Assembly: GCA_016125285.1 (NCBI GenBank)
Contig: WGMA01000016.1
Location: 1-64,000 of the forward strand
From: Phycisphaera sp.
GTDB lineage: Bacteria; Planctomycetota; Phycisphaerae; Phycisphaerales; Zrk34
Length of the DNA stretch: 64,000 bases
Direction of reading: 5' to 3'
The notes beneath the pieces were generated by a model. The model worked only from the letters and a program-made list of their open reading frames with translations. It searched no databases and was not told where the DNA came from. The translations under genes were made by a program, and so were the position numbers. Below are positions 29,801 to 38,651 of the stretch, one piece after another. Each line of letters begins with the position of its first letter. The first letter of the stretch is position 1.

Positions 29801-30987
29801 CCGTCGTGGAACACCGCGTAGGGCCCGCTGACGGCCAGCGTGTTCGGCAGGACCTTCTTCTTGTCCTCCCACAGCGGTTTGCCGGTTGCCGCGTCGAGCG
29901 CGATCAGCGCCCACACGTCCTTCTCGGTCCACGCCACGCCGCGGCGCTTGGCCAGCGCTTCCGCGCCCGGGTCGGACAGCCGCATCACCGAGTACACCAC
30001 GCCGTCATCGACGAGGATCTCGGCCGTGTTCTCGGTGCCCTTGTAGGTCAGCACGGTCTCGCCGGTCGCCGCGTCGATCGCGGTGATCGGGCCGTCGATC
30101 GTCATGGTCACGTACACGCGGTCGCCGACGGCGACGAGGCGTCGCGGCAGCTGCGCCGGGCCGTTCTTCAGCCCCCAAAGGTTCGGCTGCCAGTCGTCGA
30201 TGTCGCGCTTCCAGAGGATCGTGCCGTTGAACGCGTCGCGCGCGATCAGCTTCCACTCGGGCGGCAGCAGCACCGACACGCGGGGCGCCTCGTCGAAGAT
30301 CGTGAACACGCGGCCGTTCGCCGACACCATCGCGCTGAGGCTCGACATCTTGTCGTGGTGCCGCGAATACCGCGGGCCGGACACCCACTGCAGGCGGCGG
30401 GGCGGGCCGACCACCTCGTCGTGCGCCACCGCGTTGTTCGTCGGGTCGTGCAGGTAGTGCGTCCAGTCGTCGATGTTGCTCGGGCGCGGCTTGACGGTCT
30501 TGTTCCACGTGTCGCCGCTGCGGACCATCGCCACGCCGTTCGGCGCCAGCACACGCGTGACCTCCTCCATCGACACCGCGTCCGCATCGGAGACGACCAC
30601 GAGGTTGACGAGGTTGTCGATGAGCGGGATCGACCTGCCGTGGAGGTGATCGATCGTCACGCGGCCGTACGCGCCCAGCGCGTTGATGCGATCGCGTGCG
30701 GCGTTGACGTCCTTCGCGTCGGCGTCGAGGCCCAGCGCGTTGAAGCGTTCACCCGCCAGCGCCGCGGTGAGCTTGCCGTCGCCGCAGCCGACGTGCACGA
30801 TGAGCCCGCCGGTGACGCCGCTGGTGTCGAGGATCTGCTTCGCCTCCGCCGCGCTCGCGGCGTCCACTTCGGCGGCCATCGCTGCGCCGCTTCCGGCCAG
30901 CGTCAACAGCAGCATTCCGCACGCCACACGACAGAGCAACGCAGAGACACGCATGGAAAACACTCCACTGGGGAACCGTCGATTCAA
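26896..30987 (-). CDS. Giant secreted protein: N-terminal class I SAM-methyltransferase-like domain + PQQ-like beta-propeller repeats + LamG (concanavalin A-like) domain
   Basis: 1363 aa with a signal peptide. Motif I is 'GLIVHVGCGDGKLTAALA' and an 'LGLDADAKDV' acidic loop follows. Multiple 'DA.TG...W' propeller blades are present. The LamG-like block is 'VEAWIKPASADGVILARGGGAMGFTLYLDD...HLAGVLDGDGTLKVYIDGKL'. It is a paralog of 50875..53787. Confidence 0.8.
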   Translation of the reverse strand: MNRRFPSGVFSMRVSALLCRVACGMLLLTLAGSGAAMAAEVDAASAAEAKQILDTSGVTGGLIVHVGCGDGKLTAALAGERFNALGLDADAKDVNAARDRINALGAYGRVTIDHLHGRSIPLIDNLVNLVVVSDADAVSMEEVTRVLAPNGVAMVRSGDTWNKTVKPRPSNIDDWTHYLHDPTNNAVAHDEVVGPPRRLQWVSGPRYSRHHDKMSSLSAMVSANGRVFTIFDEAPRVSVLLPPEWKLIARDAFNGTILWKRDIDDWQPNLWGLKNGPAQLPRRLVAVGDRVYVTMTIDGPITAIDAATGETVLTYKGTENTAEILVDDGVVYSVMRLSDPGAEALAKRRGVAWTEKDVWALIALDAATGKPLWEDKKKVLPNTLAVSGPYAVFHDGESVVCLKRDTGEVAWRSEPVARSAEMRPFFSPTLVIYKDVVLFAGGEKAGSGSGGWSRDVDSMSALDLATGKVLWNAPHPASGYRSAEDLMVVDGLVWTGETTSGRAEGLFTGRDPRTGEVKRSFEPDVQTYWFHHRCYRGKATDKYLMMSRTGIEYIDVKKESWDTNHFVRGACLYGVMPANGLTYAPQHPCACYLEAKLSGFNALAPAADKPLVPVADDKRLTRGPGYDLDDPRVSSVEEWPTFRHDNERSGHASTIVPTSLQTTWKTPIGGKLTAPVVADHKVFVASIDTHTVHAIDADTGKPLWSFTSGGRVDSPPTYHKGRVYFGSNDGYVYALRASDGALAWRFLAAFVDQRTMSFDQIESLWPVNGSVLIENDVLYCVAGRSMFLDGGIRMYRLDPATGGLLSITKMDDREEGTGKKITDFVSWLNMPVGLPDVLSCDDRFVYMRSQPFDLSGKRLPLSAMPRKADADQGAPDPVQGVEHAHIFSPTGYLDDSYWHRTYWMYGTMYVSGWQGYYRAGKSAPAGRVLVSDDTTIYGFGRKPEYWKWTTPMENHLFSSPRKGASQDVPDNGGVSNPAVRRGETPVNKNAGKGNGKGGDGKGNAGKGDATGSTVVRLANAPKLSTAKSPVTVEAWIKPASADGVILARGGGAMGFTLYLDDAHPVFALRNGGKITDATAKHTVDENKWVHLAGVLDGDGTLKVYIDGKLAASARADGPLPKDPIEGVSIGTDDETPVGEYKRAVGFTGLIDDVRIYRKARSEAQIAADAAAPADADAKPDADGLVVAFGFDDGKATDASGNQLNGAVDGASTAPGRAGKALRFDGRASETEVAAGEGSPNTEPEKAVPGFDVPYDWTTDIPMFVRGLVLSEGNLFMSGPEDAVNEEQAFRKLSDLVTQKQIKEEGDAWAGKSGALFWVVNAKTGQRLFESRLDTPPVFNGMAAANRKLYVSGVDGSITCLDAK

Positions 30988-31153
30988 CTCAAAAGCGGAT
31001 CACGACCGATCGTCAGCCGCGTGCCCGCAATCCAGTGTAGGCCGTCTTAACCTTTTAGGAAAACGGGGTCGCCCAGATACCCGCGTGCGTGCTAAAGTGG
31101 TTCACCTACCGACGGACTGGGCATTCGTCGATACCCCCAACCGGAGACGCCGC

Positions 31154-31927
31154 ATGTTTTCACGCGATCACCGCCTCGCTGTCACCGCCGCCATCGCCTT
31201 GCTCGCCGCGCTCGTCGTTGCCGTGCTGGGCGCCACGCCCGTGCGCGCCGCCGACAAGCCGATCCACCTGTTCATCCTCTCCGGACAGTCGAACATGGCG
31301 GGGATGAAGCCCGAGGCGGGGTTCGTGCCCGAAGCCAACAAGCTGTTCGCCGACGGCGAGGTGGTCTACATCAAGGTCTCGCAGGGCGGTCAGCCCATCC
31401 GCCTCTGGCTGGAGACGTGGAACGACATCGCCAAGAAGCACGGCCTGACGACGATGTCGACCGGCACGAAATTCTACAAGCCGATCCTCGAACAGGTCGC
31501 CGAGAAGCTCAAGGGAAAGCCCGCGCCGAAGACGGTGACGTTCTGCTGGATGCAGGGCGAGCGCGACGCGAAGGAGCATCTCGACGCGGCGTACGAAGAG
31601 GCGATGATGACATTGATCGCGGACCTTCGCCGCGACCTCAAGCGTCCGGACATGTACTTCGTGATCGGCCGCCTGAGCGACTTCGGCAAGCCGGACAACA
31701 AGCCCTGGCAGGCCGTGCGCGACGCGCAGGTGAAGGTCGCCAACGACGACCCGCGCGGCGCGTGGATCGACTGCGACGACCTGAACAACAAGGAAAAGGG
31801 CGGCAAGCAGTACGACGACCTGCACTACACGCCCGAAGGCTACAAGACGATGGGCGAACGCTACGCCCGCCAGGCGCGCCTGATGATCGACGGCAAGAAG
31901 CCCGCGGCGGACGGACGTCCGCAGTAA
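31154..31927 (+). CDS. SGNH-hydrolase carbohydrate esterase (sialate O-acetylesterase / DUF303 family)
   Basis: A signal peptide is followed by 'IHLFILSGQSNMAGM' (the GQSNM catalytic Ser motif). The ATG at 31154 is in frame with track ORF 30683..31927. Confidence 0.8.
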   Translation: MFSRDHRLAVTAAIALLAALVVAVLGATPVRAADKPIHLFILSGQSNMAGMKPEAGFVPEANKLFADGEVVYIKVSQGGQPIRLWLETWNDIAKKHGLTTMSTGTKFYKPILEQVAEKLKGKPAPKTVTFCWMQGERDAKEHLDAAYEEAMMTLIADLRRDLKRPDMYFVIGRLSDFGKPDNKPWQAVRDAQVKVANDDPRGAWIDCDDLNNKEKGGKQYDDLHYTPEGYKTMGERYARQARLMIDGKKPAADGRPQ

Positions 31928-31962
31928 TCGCCGCCAAGTCAATCGGCGGGCGCGCGACCGGC

Positions 31963-32454
31963 TCACCCACCCAGGTCGTAGAGCAGCCCCGGTCGCGCCG
32001 CGGCGAGCGCGTCGGCGGCCTTTGATGTCACGCGCGTGCCGCGCGCTTCGAGCATGGTCAGGCCGGTCATGCCCTGCAGGTGCGCCAGGCCCGCGTCGGT
32101 CACCTGCGTGCCCGACACGTTGAGCAGGCTCAGCGTGCCCAGGCCCGTCAGTTGCGACAGACCGGCGTCGGTGATCGACGTGTCCGACAGGTCCAGCGAC
32201 GTCAGCCGCTTCATCCCCGCCAGCTTCGCCAACTGATCGTCGGTGACCGTGCTGCCCTTGAGGATGACGTACGCGTTCCACTCGTCGGCCGCGATCGCGT
32301 CGATCTGCGCGTCGCTGATCTGCTGCCCCGACAGGTCGGCGGTCTTCGTCTTCGGCGGCTCGACCGCATCGCCCCCGCAGCCGATCATCGCCAACGCCAC
32401 CGCGCACACGACAACCACGCAGCCCCCGCGCCGCAAGCTTCGCGCATCACACAT
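31963..32454 (-). CDS. Leucine-rich repeat lipoprotein
   Basis: The lipobox 'LAMIGCGG' is present. Repeated 'L..L.L..T.VTDA' LRR units occur: 'LTSLDLSDTSITDAGLSQLTGLGTLSLLNVSGTQVTDAGLAHL'. Confidence 0.65.
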   Translation of the reverse strand: MCDARSLRRGGCVVVVCAVALAMIGCGGDAVEPPKTKTADLSGQQISDAQIDAIAADEWNAYVILKGSTVTDDQLAKLAGMKRLTSLDLSDTSITDAGLSQLTGLGTLSLLNVSGTQVTDAGLAHLQGMTGLTMLEARGTRVTSKAADALAAARPGLLYDLGG

Positions 32455-32748
32455 CCGGTCGCCTCCTGTTGACGTCTTCCCCTCAAAGGCAGATAGCATC
32501 AACCCTCGTTTGATTACCGAGCGATCGGTTCCGGCATCGTAACTCGTGTGTGGATTGGGTGTAGCGTCGCGAGAACACCGGCGTCTTCGGCGATGTCATG
32601 CAAAAACTTGGCACGCGCGTGTAATGCATTTTCTCCCGGCGTTATCTGGTAGTGGAGCCGGAGAACGAGCACGGGGCACCAGCTATTTCCCCAAATGTAG
32701 AACGGATCGCGTCGTGCAACACGCGATCGGCGTCACGAGGAGCGACCC

Positions 32749-33552
32749 ATGACCACGCGGGTTCGGCGGTTGAGATCGACCAGGGGATTCACGCTCGTCG
32801 AGCTGCTGGTGGTCGTGTCCATCATCGCGCTGCTGATCGCCATCGTGCTCGCCCCGGCCTACGAGAACATCCAGTCCGTGGCGGGGCAGACGGTCTGCGC
32901 GTCGAACATGCGTCAGATGGGCGTGGGCATGGTCAGCTACGGCGTGACCTGGGGCTACACGCCCGCGTCGTACACACGCTACAACGCGTGGTCGCTCCGC
33001 GGCGTCAACGAGGTCTGCGCCGTCTGGCCCGCGCAGATCCGCAGCCACACCGACGGCAACACCGACATCTTCTACTGCCCCGTCTCCGAGCCCGCGGCGC
33101 GCTGGGTCCGTCAGTACGGCTCCGGCAACCCGGCGCGCTACGGCTACGACGAAGACGAGTACTGGGTCGCCGCCCATCCCACCGGCGGCACCAGCTACGG
33201 TCACAACAACGACGGCACACGCTCGCACCTCTCAGAGACCACCGGCCATCTCCTGGGCCTCAGCGACAACCCCGACCTCGCCAGCAACTACGTGCGCATC
33301 TCCGCCATCCGCGCCCCCGGGCAGTTCATCTGCTTCGGCGACTCCAAGCTCGACGACAAGTGGGACGCGTTCATCGACTACGGCGTGCCCGGCGAGGACA
33401 TCTCCGAACGCCACCACGGCGGCGGCAACATCCTCTTCGGCGACGGACACGTCGAGTGGATCCACTCGCCCGAATACGAAGATAACGCCTGGACGTACGC
33501 GATCGACCCGGACCACGGTCGCATGTGGAACAACGACAACAAGTACCCGTGA
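32749..33552 (+). CDS. DUF1559 protein (Planctomycete H-X9-DG protein; prepilin-like N-terminus)
   Basis: The N-terminus is '[22 protein letters not shown]'. The C-terminus is 'HHGGGNILFGDGHVEWI', the H-X9-DG motif. Confidence 0.85.
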   Translation: MTTRVRRLRSTRGFTLVELLVVVSIIALLIAIVLAPAYENIQSVAGQTVCASNMRQMGVGMVSYGVTWGYTPASYTRYNAWSLRGVNEVCAVWPAQIRSHTDGNTDIFYCPVSEPAARWVRQYGSGNPARYGYDEDEYWVAAHPTGGTSYGHNNDGTRSHLSETTGHLLGLSDNPDLASNYVRISAIRAPGQFICFGDSKLDDKWDAFIDYGVPGEDISERHHGGGNILFGDGHVEWIHSPEYEDNAWTYAIDPDHGRMWNNDNKYP

Positions 33553-33594
33553 TCCTTCAGCCGCGCCCAACGGCGCCCGCCGCGACCAACACAC

Positions 33595-34101
33595 GTGACC
33601 GAACTGCCCACCCGATTCCGCGACTGGACCAACCGGTACTCCGCGCCCGTGACGGTGCTGTGCCTCGTGGTGCTGCTGCTCTGCGGCGCGACGCTGTTCT
33701 GGTCGAAGTCCGCCAGCAGCGTGCCGATCGAGCACCAGGCGTGGTACCGCGACTCGGTGACCGGCGAGACGTTCATGGCCGCCGAGCAGCTGCCGCCGAT
33801 CGTCAGCCCCGCGGGCAACCCCTCGGCGCGCGTGTACTACTACGGGTGCGGCGCGTGCGGGGACGACGATCGTTTCGTCGGCTACTACTACAAGCTTTCC
33901 GACGGGGCGATGCGGCGCATCGCCGAGAACCCGCAGCTCGAGGCCGCGGCATGGGGCCCGCGGTTCCCGGGTCGCATGTACTCGCTGGACGGCGAGACGT
34001 GGGTCGAGGCGCCGGACCCCGCGTCGGCGGGCGTCGGCGCCGCGCTCGCCAAACGCTGCTCGGCGCCCAACTACCTGCGCGAGTGTCGCGAAGGCCCGTG
34101 A
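33595..34101 (+). CDS. Hypothetical membrane-anchored protein
   Basis: GTG start at 33595 with one N-terminal TM helix, 'VTVLCLVVLLLCGATLFW'. No family was recognised. Confidence 0.4.
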   Translation: MTELPTRFRDWTNRYSAPVTVLCLVVLLLCGATLFWSKSASSVPIEHQAWYRDSVTGETFMAAEQLPPIVSPAGNPSARVYYYGCGACGDDDRFVGYYYKLSDGAMRRIAENPQLEAAAWGPRFPGRMYSLDGETWVEAPDPASAGVGAALAKRCSAPNYLRECREGP

Positions 34102-34141
34102 CGCAGACGCTGCGCAGCGCACCGTTCCACATCGAGGCACG

Positions 34142-35014
34142 ATGACCCGCAACCGCACGACATCACAATCACGCCAACCCCGCCGCGGCTTCACGCTCAT
34201 CGAGATGCTCGTGACCCTCGCGATCATCGCCGTGCTGCTGGGCATCCTGCTCCCGGCGATGAGCAAGGCGCGCAAGCGCGTGATGGCGGTCGTCGGCGAC
34301 TGGAACATCCCCACCGACAACCTCGTGGCGTTCTATCCGCTGCTCGGCGCAGACGTGCCCGGGCGGCTGCCCAACAACCTCGGCAGCCCGAAGGTCGTGT
34401 TCGACCAGGACGCGCAGCTCGATGTCATCGAGTTTGATGGTTCGTTCACGCTCGGCGTGCTGCCGCCGGTGTTCGACAACCGCCAGGAGCTGACGGTGAT
34501 GTTCTGGGCGAAGGGCGACGACGCGCTGCCGCAGGCGACCGCGGCGTTCTGGCTCGAAGGGCCCGGCGCGGGCGGACGCGTCGCGCTGGTGCACCTGCCG
34601 TGGTCGAACGGCAACGTCTACTTCGACGCGGGCGACGGCTCGTGCTGCCCCGACCGCATCTACACCGCCGTGCCGCCCGAACTCTACAAGGGCGAGTGGA
34701 CCTTCTGGGCGTTCACGAAGAACGCGAAGACCGGCGAGATGAAGATGTATGCCAACGGCGAACTGATCGCCAGCGGCTCCGGGCACAAACGCGCGATGGC
34801 CGACACCGCGAGCCTGTGGATCGGCTCGGCGCCCGGCGGCGCCAATCGGTACCGCGGCCGGATGATGATGCTGGGCTTCTACGATCGCGTGCTCGACCCC
34901 GAGCAGATCAAGGAGTACGCCGCCGCCCAGCCGGGGCTCGTGCAGGCGTACCAGGGCAAGCTGTCCAGCCGCATCAACGCCGTGGGCAAGGGCCTGCGGA
35001 CGGTTAAGGAGTGA
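34142..35014 (+). CDS. Prepilin-type N-terminal domain fused to LamG-like (concanavalin A-like lectin) domain
   Basis: 'RRGFTLIEMLVTLAIIAVLLGIL' is followed by LamG-like blocks: 'LTVMFWAKGDD...', 'WTFWAFTKNAKTGEMKMYANGELIASGSG', 'GRMMMLGFYDRVLDPEQI'. Confidence 0.7.
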   Translation: MTRNRTTSQSRQPRRGFTLIEMLVTLAIIAVLLGILLPAMSKARKRVMAVVGDWNIPTDNLVAFYPLLGADVPGRLPNNLGSPKVVFDQDAQLDVIEFDGSFTLGVLPPVFDNRQELTVMFWAKGDDALPQATAAFWLEGPGAGGRVALVHLPWSNGNVYFDAGDGSCCPDRIYTAVPPELYKGEWTFWAFTKNAKTGEMKMYANGELIASGSGHKRAMADTASLWIGSAPGGANRYRGRMMMLGFYDRVLDPEQIKEYAAAQPGLVQAYQGKLSSRINAVGKGLRTVKE

Positions 35015-35050
35015 TCCACGAGCGCGGCGCAGGGCGCATAGATCACGTCG

Positions 35051-35338
35051 ATGGCCCTGATGCTTTATTGGATGGCGATCGGACTCTGCGTCGGCGCGTT
35101 CGGCGGATGGTTCACCGCGCGGTGGGGCGAGCCGATCGGCGAGGCGATGTATGTGTCGGCGCGCGCCGCGGCGTTTTGGGCGTTCGTGGCGACGCTGCCG
35201 TGGCTGATGCCGTATGGGTGGGCGGGCTTCTTGGCGTCGCCGTTGCTGCTGGGCGGCGCGGGCGTTTGTGCGTCGCCCGCGGGGCTGATGGGCGCACTGA
35301 TTACACGCGAACTGCACGAACTGTCGCGGTCGGGGTAA
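35051..35338 (+). CDS. Small hydrophobic membrane protein (hypothetical)
   Basis: 95 aa with three Trp/Gly-rich hydrophobic helices. Confidence 0.4.
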   Translation: MALMLYWMAIGLCVGAFGGWFTARWGEPIGEAMYVSARAAAFWAFVATLPWLMPYGWAGFLASPLLLGGAGVCASPAGLMGALITRELHELSRSG

Positions 35339-35358
35339 TCAGCCGCGTGACCAGCCGG

Positions 35359-35571
35359 TCACCACTGATCGTCGTCGACCTCGTCGAGAAAACCGATGAC
35401 GTCGCTGTCGGACGGGCTGCCCGCCGCCGCGGCGACATGGGGCAGGTCCTCGACGACGACGTGGATCGTGTTGCCGCACGGCTCGCAGCGGATCACCTTG
35501 CCGATGTACTCGAAGGGGATGCCGTGCTTCCGGCCGCAGTGCGGACAATAGATCTTGAACAGCTCAGCCAT
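35359..35571 (-). CDS. Small zinc-ribbon protein
   Basis: 'MAELFKIYCPHCGRKHG...KVIRCEPCGNTIHV' carries two CxxC pairs and an acidic C-terminus. Confidence 0.5.
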   Translation of the reverse strand: MAELFKIYCPHCGRKHGIPFEYIGKVIRCEPCGNTIHVVVEDLPHVAAAAGSPSDSDVIGFLDEVDDDQW

Positions 35572-35820
35572 GGTCAACACCTCGCTTCAGGCGTCAACGG
35601 TCGCATCGAACGACCGCGAAACAGAACGACACGCGGAAGGCGTGTGGAGGTGTAAAGGAGCGGCGCCCCGCCGGGGGGATCGACGGAGCGCCGTGGTGGT
35701 GAGGATCTCGGTAAGGCGGTCGCGGCCGATGTGCGTCGGCGTCGGGTTCGCGGTCTCCGGTCGATCGGACCGTGACCCGCGGATGCGTGCGTGCGACCTG
35801 TCAATGCAGTCAGCCATTGC

Positions 35821-36053
35821 TTATTGCGTCGCGGTTTCGGGCTTCTTGGTGTTGCTGACGTTGATCACTTGCGGCTGCGTGCCGTCGGTGTCTTCACCGG
35901 GCGACGCAAACGCCGCGGCGGGCGCCTCCGTCGGGGGGCCCATGATGATCGGTCCCCGCGCGTTCGGCGCCGAACCGTTCTCCGAGCAACCGCCCAGCGT
36001 CAAAGCGAACACCGCGAACAGAATCGTGATGGAACCTGCGAGCCTCGACATGA
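35821..36053 (-). CDS. Small lipoprotein (hypothetical)
   Basis: 'MSRLAGSITILFAVFALTLGGCSENG' is a lipobox signal. The upstream part of track ORF 35821..36279 is probably not translated. Confidence 0.4.
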
Positions 36054-36522
36054 CTATCCCTTTCAACACAACGGTATCAAATACCACTTGACGTGAATCA
36101 CTCAGCAAACCGGGTTGTGAGTCCCAATCCGCAAACCACTTTCGCCCGTGTGAGACGTGCCGGAACACGGAGCGAAATTGAACGCAACCGACTCGCCTGG
36201 CAAGGAAAATCCCAACGAAACCCCGTACAGGGAGCCTTGCAAGGCCGTCCGTGGGGTCAACACGCTTGAAAGAACGCATGTGACATCACGAACAAGAACA
36301 ACTTGTCTGGTTAGGTGCGGGTCGGCGCTGCTTGACCGTCAGGGAGGAGAGATGAATAAGGCCGGGTACTGAATAACCTGACGTTCAAATTTCAGCGCGT
36401 GTCTCGATTACCGCAAAGCAATGATGTGAAACTTCTACTTCCGTTACCAAATGAACAGTAGCAACGGTCGAAATGAGAGTCAACTATTTGGTTAAAAAAT
36501 TGGGCAAGTTCCATGCGGTATT

Positions 36523-37737
36523 TCACGTCGGCTTGGCGTCGTCGTTGGCGCGTGATCCGGCGGTCTGCTGGCGGTATCGGCCGGGCGTGACGCCGAGCCG
36601 CCGCTTGAAGAGCGTCGCCAGGTGCTGCGGGTGGGCGAAGCCGGTGCGCCGGGCGATCCGCTCGAGCGTCAGGTCCGTGTCGCGCAGTAGCCGCTGCACG
36701 TGCTCGAGGCGGACACGCGTGATCTCCGCCTTGGGCGATCGGCCGAGCGCGGCGCGCATCTTCCGCTCCAGCGAACTCCGCGACATCGGCACGGCGTCGA
36801 GCACGTCCTCCGTCGTGATGCCCCGGTCGGCGTTCTCGCGGATGAACCGCACCGCATCGGCGATGTCTGCGTCGGCGATCGCCACGACGTCCGAAGACTG
36901 ACGCGTGACGATGCCGATCGGCGGCACCTCGATGGCGCGCGGCTTCGTCGGCGTCTTCGCGCCGCGCCCGCCGCGCCCGCGCATCAGGCCGTCCAGCAGC
37001 CGCGCCGCTTCGTAGCCGATCCGCTCGGCGTTGAACGTCACGCTCGACAGCGGCGGCGTCGACATCAGGCAAAGCGACTCGTCGTTCTCCGCGCCGACCA
37101 CCGCCATCTCCTCCGGCACCGCCACGCCCGCGCGCCGGCACGCGTCCAGCAGCCAGAACCCCAACTGGTCCGTGCACGCCAGCACGCCCACCGGCTTAGG
37201 CAGCGACGTCACCCACGCCGCGAGCCGCTCCTGCTCGCGCTCCCACTCGCGCGGCTTCTCCCGCTGACCCGCCGCGTGGTACACGCTCACCTCGTGCCCC
37301 AGCTCGCGCAGGTACTTCACGAACGTGTCCCGCCGCTGTGCGAAGTACGCCTGCGTGTCAATGTCGTACACGGCGAACCGCGTGAAGCCGCGGTCGATCA
37401 GGTGCTCGGCGACCATGCGCCCCAGCGCCGCGTTGTCGACGCCAACGAACGGCAGGTCGTGCCGCAGGTGCGTGGCGCGCAGCTCCACCGCCGGCAGCCC
37501 GAGCCGACGGATCACGTTCGCCGTCGCCTGCACCTCCGTGCGCGTGAGGATCCCGTCGCCTCGCCACCGGCTCAGCCACGGCGGGGCGTTCGTGTCCAGG
37601 TGCCGCAACTCCACGTACAGCGACCACGGCCCGTGCTCGTCGACGTAACGCTTCACCCCGCGCAACAGCCCGCGGCCGTAGCTCCGCGACGTCTCGATCA
37701 GCAACGCCACGTGCGGCGTCTTACGCGTGCGCGCCAT
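36523..37737 (-). CDS. XylR-like transcriptional regulator (periplasmic-binding-protein-like sugar-sensing domain + AraC-type HTH)
   Basis: The N-terminus has a LacI/PBP-like fold, 'VALLIETSRSYGRGLLRGV...VGVLACTDQLG'. The C-terminus is AraC HTH: 'ITTEDVLDAVPMSRSSLERKMRAALGRSPKAEITRVRLEHVQRLLRDTDLTLERIARRTGFAHPQHLATLFKRRLGVTPGRYR'. Confidence 0.8.
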   Translation of the reverse strand: MARTRKTPHVALLIETSRSYGRGLLRGVKRYVDEHGPWSLYVELRHLDTNAPPWLSRWRGDGILTRTEVQATANVIRRLGLPAVELRATHLRHDLPFVGVDNAALGRMVAEHLIDRGFTRFAVYDIDTQAYFAQRRDTFVKYLRELGHEVSVYHAAGQREKPREWEREQERLAAWVTSLPKPVGVLACTDQLGFWLLDACRRAGVAVPEEMAVVGAENDESLCLMSTPPLSSVTFNAERIGYEAARLLDGLMRGRGGRGAKTPTKPRAIEVPPIGIVTRQSSDVVAIADADIADAVRFIRENADRGITTEDVLDAVPMSRSSLERKMRAALGRSPKAEITRVRLEHVQRLLRDTDLTLERIARRTGFAHPQHLATLFKRRLGVTPGRYRQQTAGSRANDDAKPT

Positions 37738-37858
37738 GTTGCGCCTCCGATCCGGGGGAAATCGCGTGACAAAAATTCGCAATAAGTTTACGCAATTCGT
37801 GAATGACACGCACGCGCCGCGCGTCGGATAATGGCCCGTAACCGATCACCGAGGCACG

Positions 37859-38650
37859 ATGACCATGAGCCACAACCGCCGCACTGCCTTCACACTCATC
37901 GAACTGCTCGTCGTCGTGTCCATCATCGTGTTGCTGGTCGCGATCCTGCTCCCGGCGATGAGCAAGGCGAAGGAGTCCGCCCGCCGCGTGGTCTGCGCGT
38001 CGAACCAGCACCAGATCGGCCTGGCCCAGACCTACTACGCCAACGATCATCAGCAGCGCCTGCCCCCGGCGTTCCGCGGGCTGACCTCAAAGAACGTCTT
38101 GCCGCACATCATCTCCGAGGACGTCTGGCCGCTGCTGCGCGACCGCAATCGCCTCACCGCACAGGTGATGTTCTGTCCGTCGAGCTACCGCCCCGTCAGC
38201 GGGACCACCGAGCGTGTCGGCGCGCCGGACGACGACCTGACGCTGTGGGCGGGCAACTCGTCCTGGCCGAGCGGCTGGGAGATCGGCTACTTCGTGCTCG
38301 GCAACATGTGGGGCATGTCGCCCGGCGCGACGGACCCGAAACCGGACGTGAAGATCACGCCGCGCACGCTCGCGGACCCGGGCATGTCGCACCTCACCGC
38401 CGACAAGAACATCTCGTGGCAGGCGAACACGAATACGGGCCTGCAGTGGATGGCTCACCCGGCCGACCGCGAAGGCACGACGATGCCCGACGGCACGAAT
38501 CGCGGCTACCTCGACGGCCACGTCGAGTGGGTGTTCCCCGACCACATGGGCCGCGACGAGACCGCGCTCGAGCCGACCGGCACGTGGATGTGGGGCGGCG
38601 TCGAGAAATACGACCACTGGACGCCGGGCGATCGACGCTACTACTGGTGA
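37859..38650 (+). CDS. DUF1559 protein (H-X9-DG; prepilin-like N-terminus)
   Basis: '[26 protein letters not shown]' at the N-terminus and '...[13 protein letters not shown]' at the C-terminus. Confidence 0.85.
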   Translation: MTMSHNRRTAFTLIELLVVVSIIVLLVAILLPAMSKAKESARRVVCASNQHQIGLAQTYYANDHQQRLPPAFRGLTSKNVLPHIISEDVWPLLRDRNRLTAQVMFCPSSYRPVSGTTERVGAPDDDLTLWAGNSSWPSGWEIGYFVLGNMWGMSPGATDPKPDVKITPRTLADPGMSHLTADKNISWQANTNTGLQWMAHPADREGTTMPDGTNRGYLDGHVEWVFPDHMGRDETALEPTGTWMWGGVEKYDHWTPGDRRYYW

Positions 38651-38651
38651 C

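Noticed and set aside
30683-31153. Upstream 157 codons of track ORF 30683..31927
   Set aside because: The upstream region overlaps the end of the giant minus-strand gene and has low-complexity composition. The esterase signal peptide and GQSNM domain begin at the ATG at 31154.
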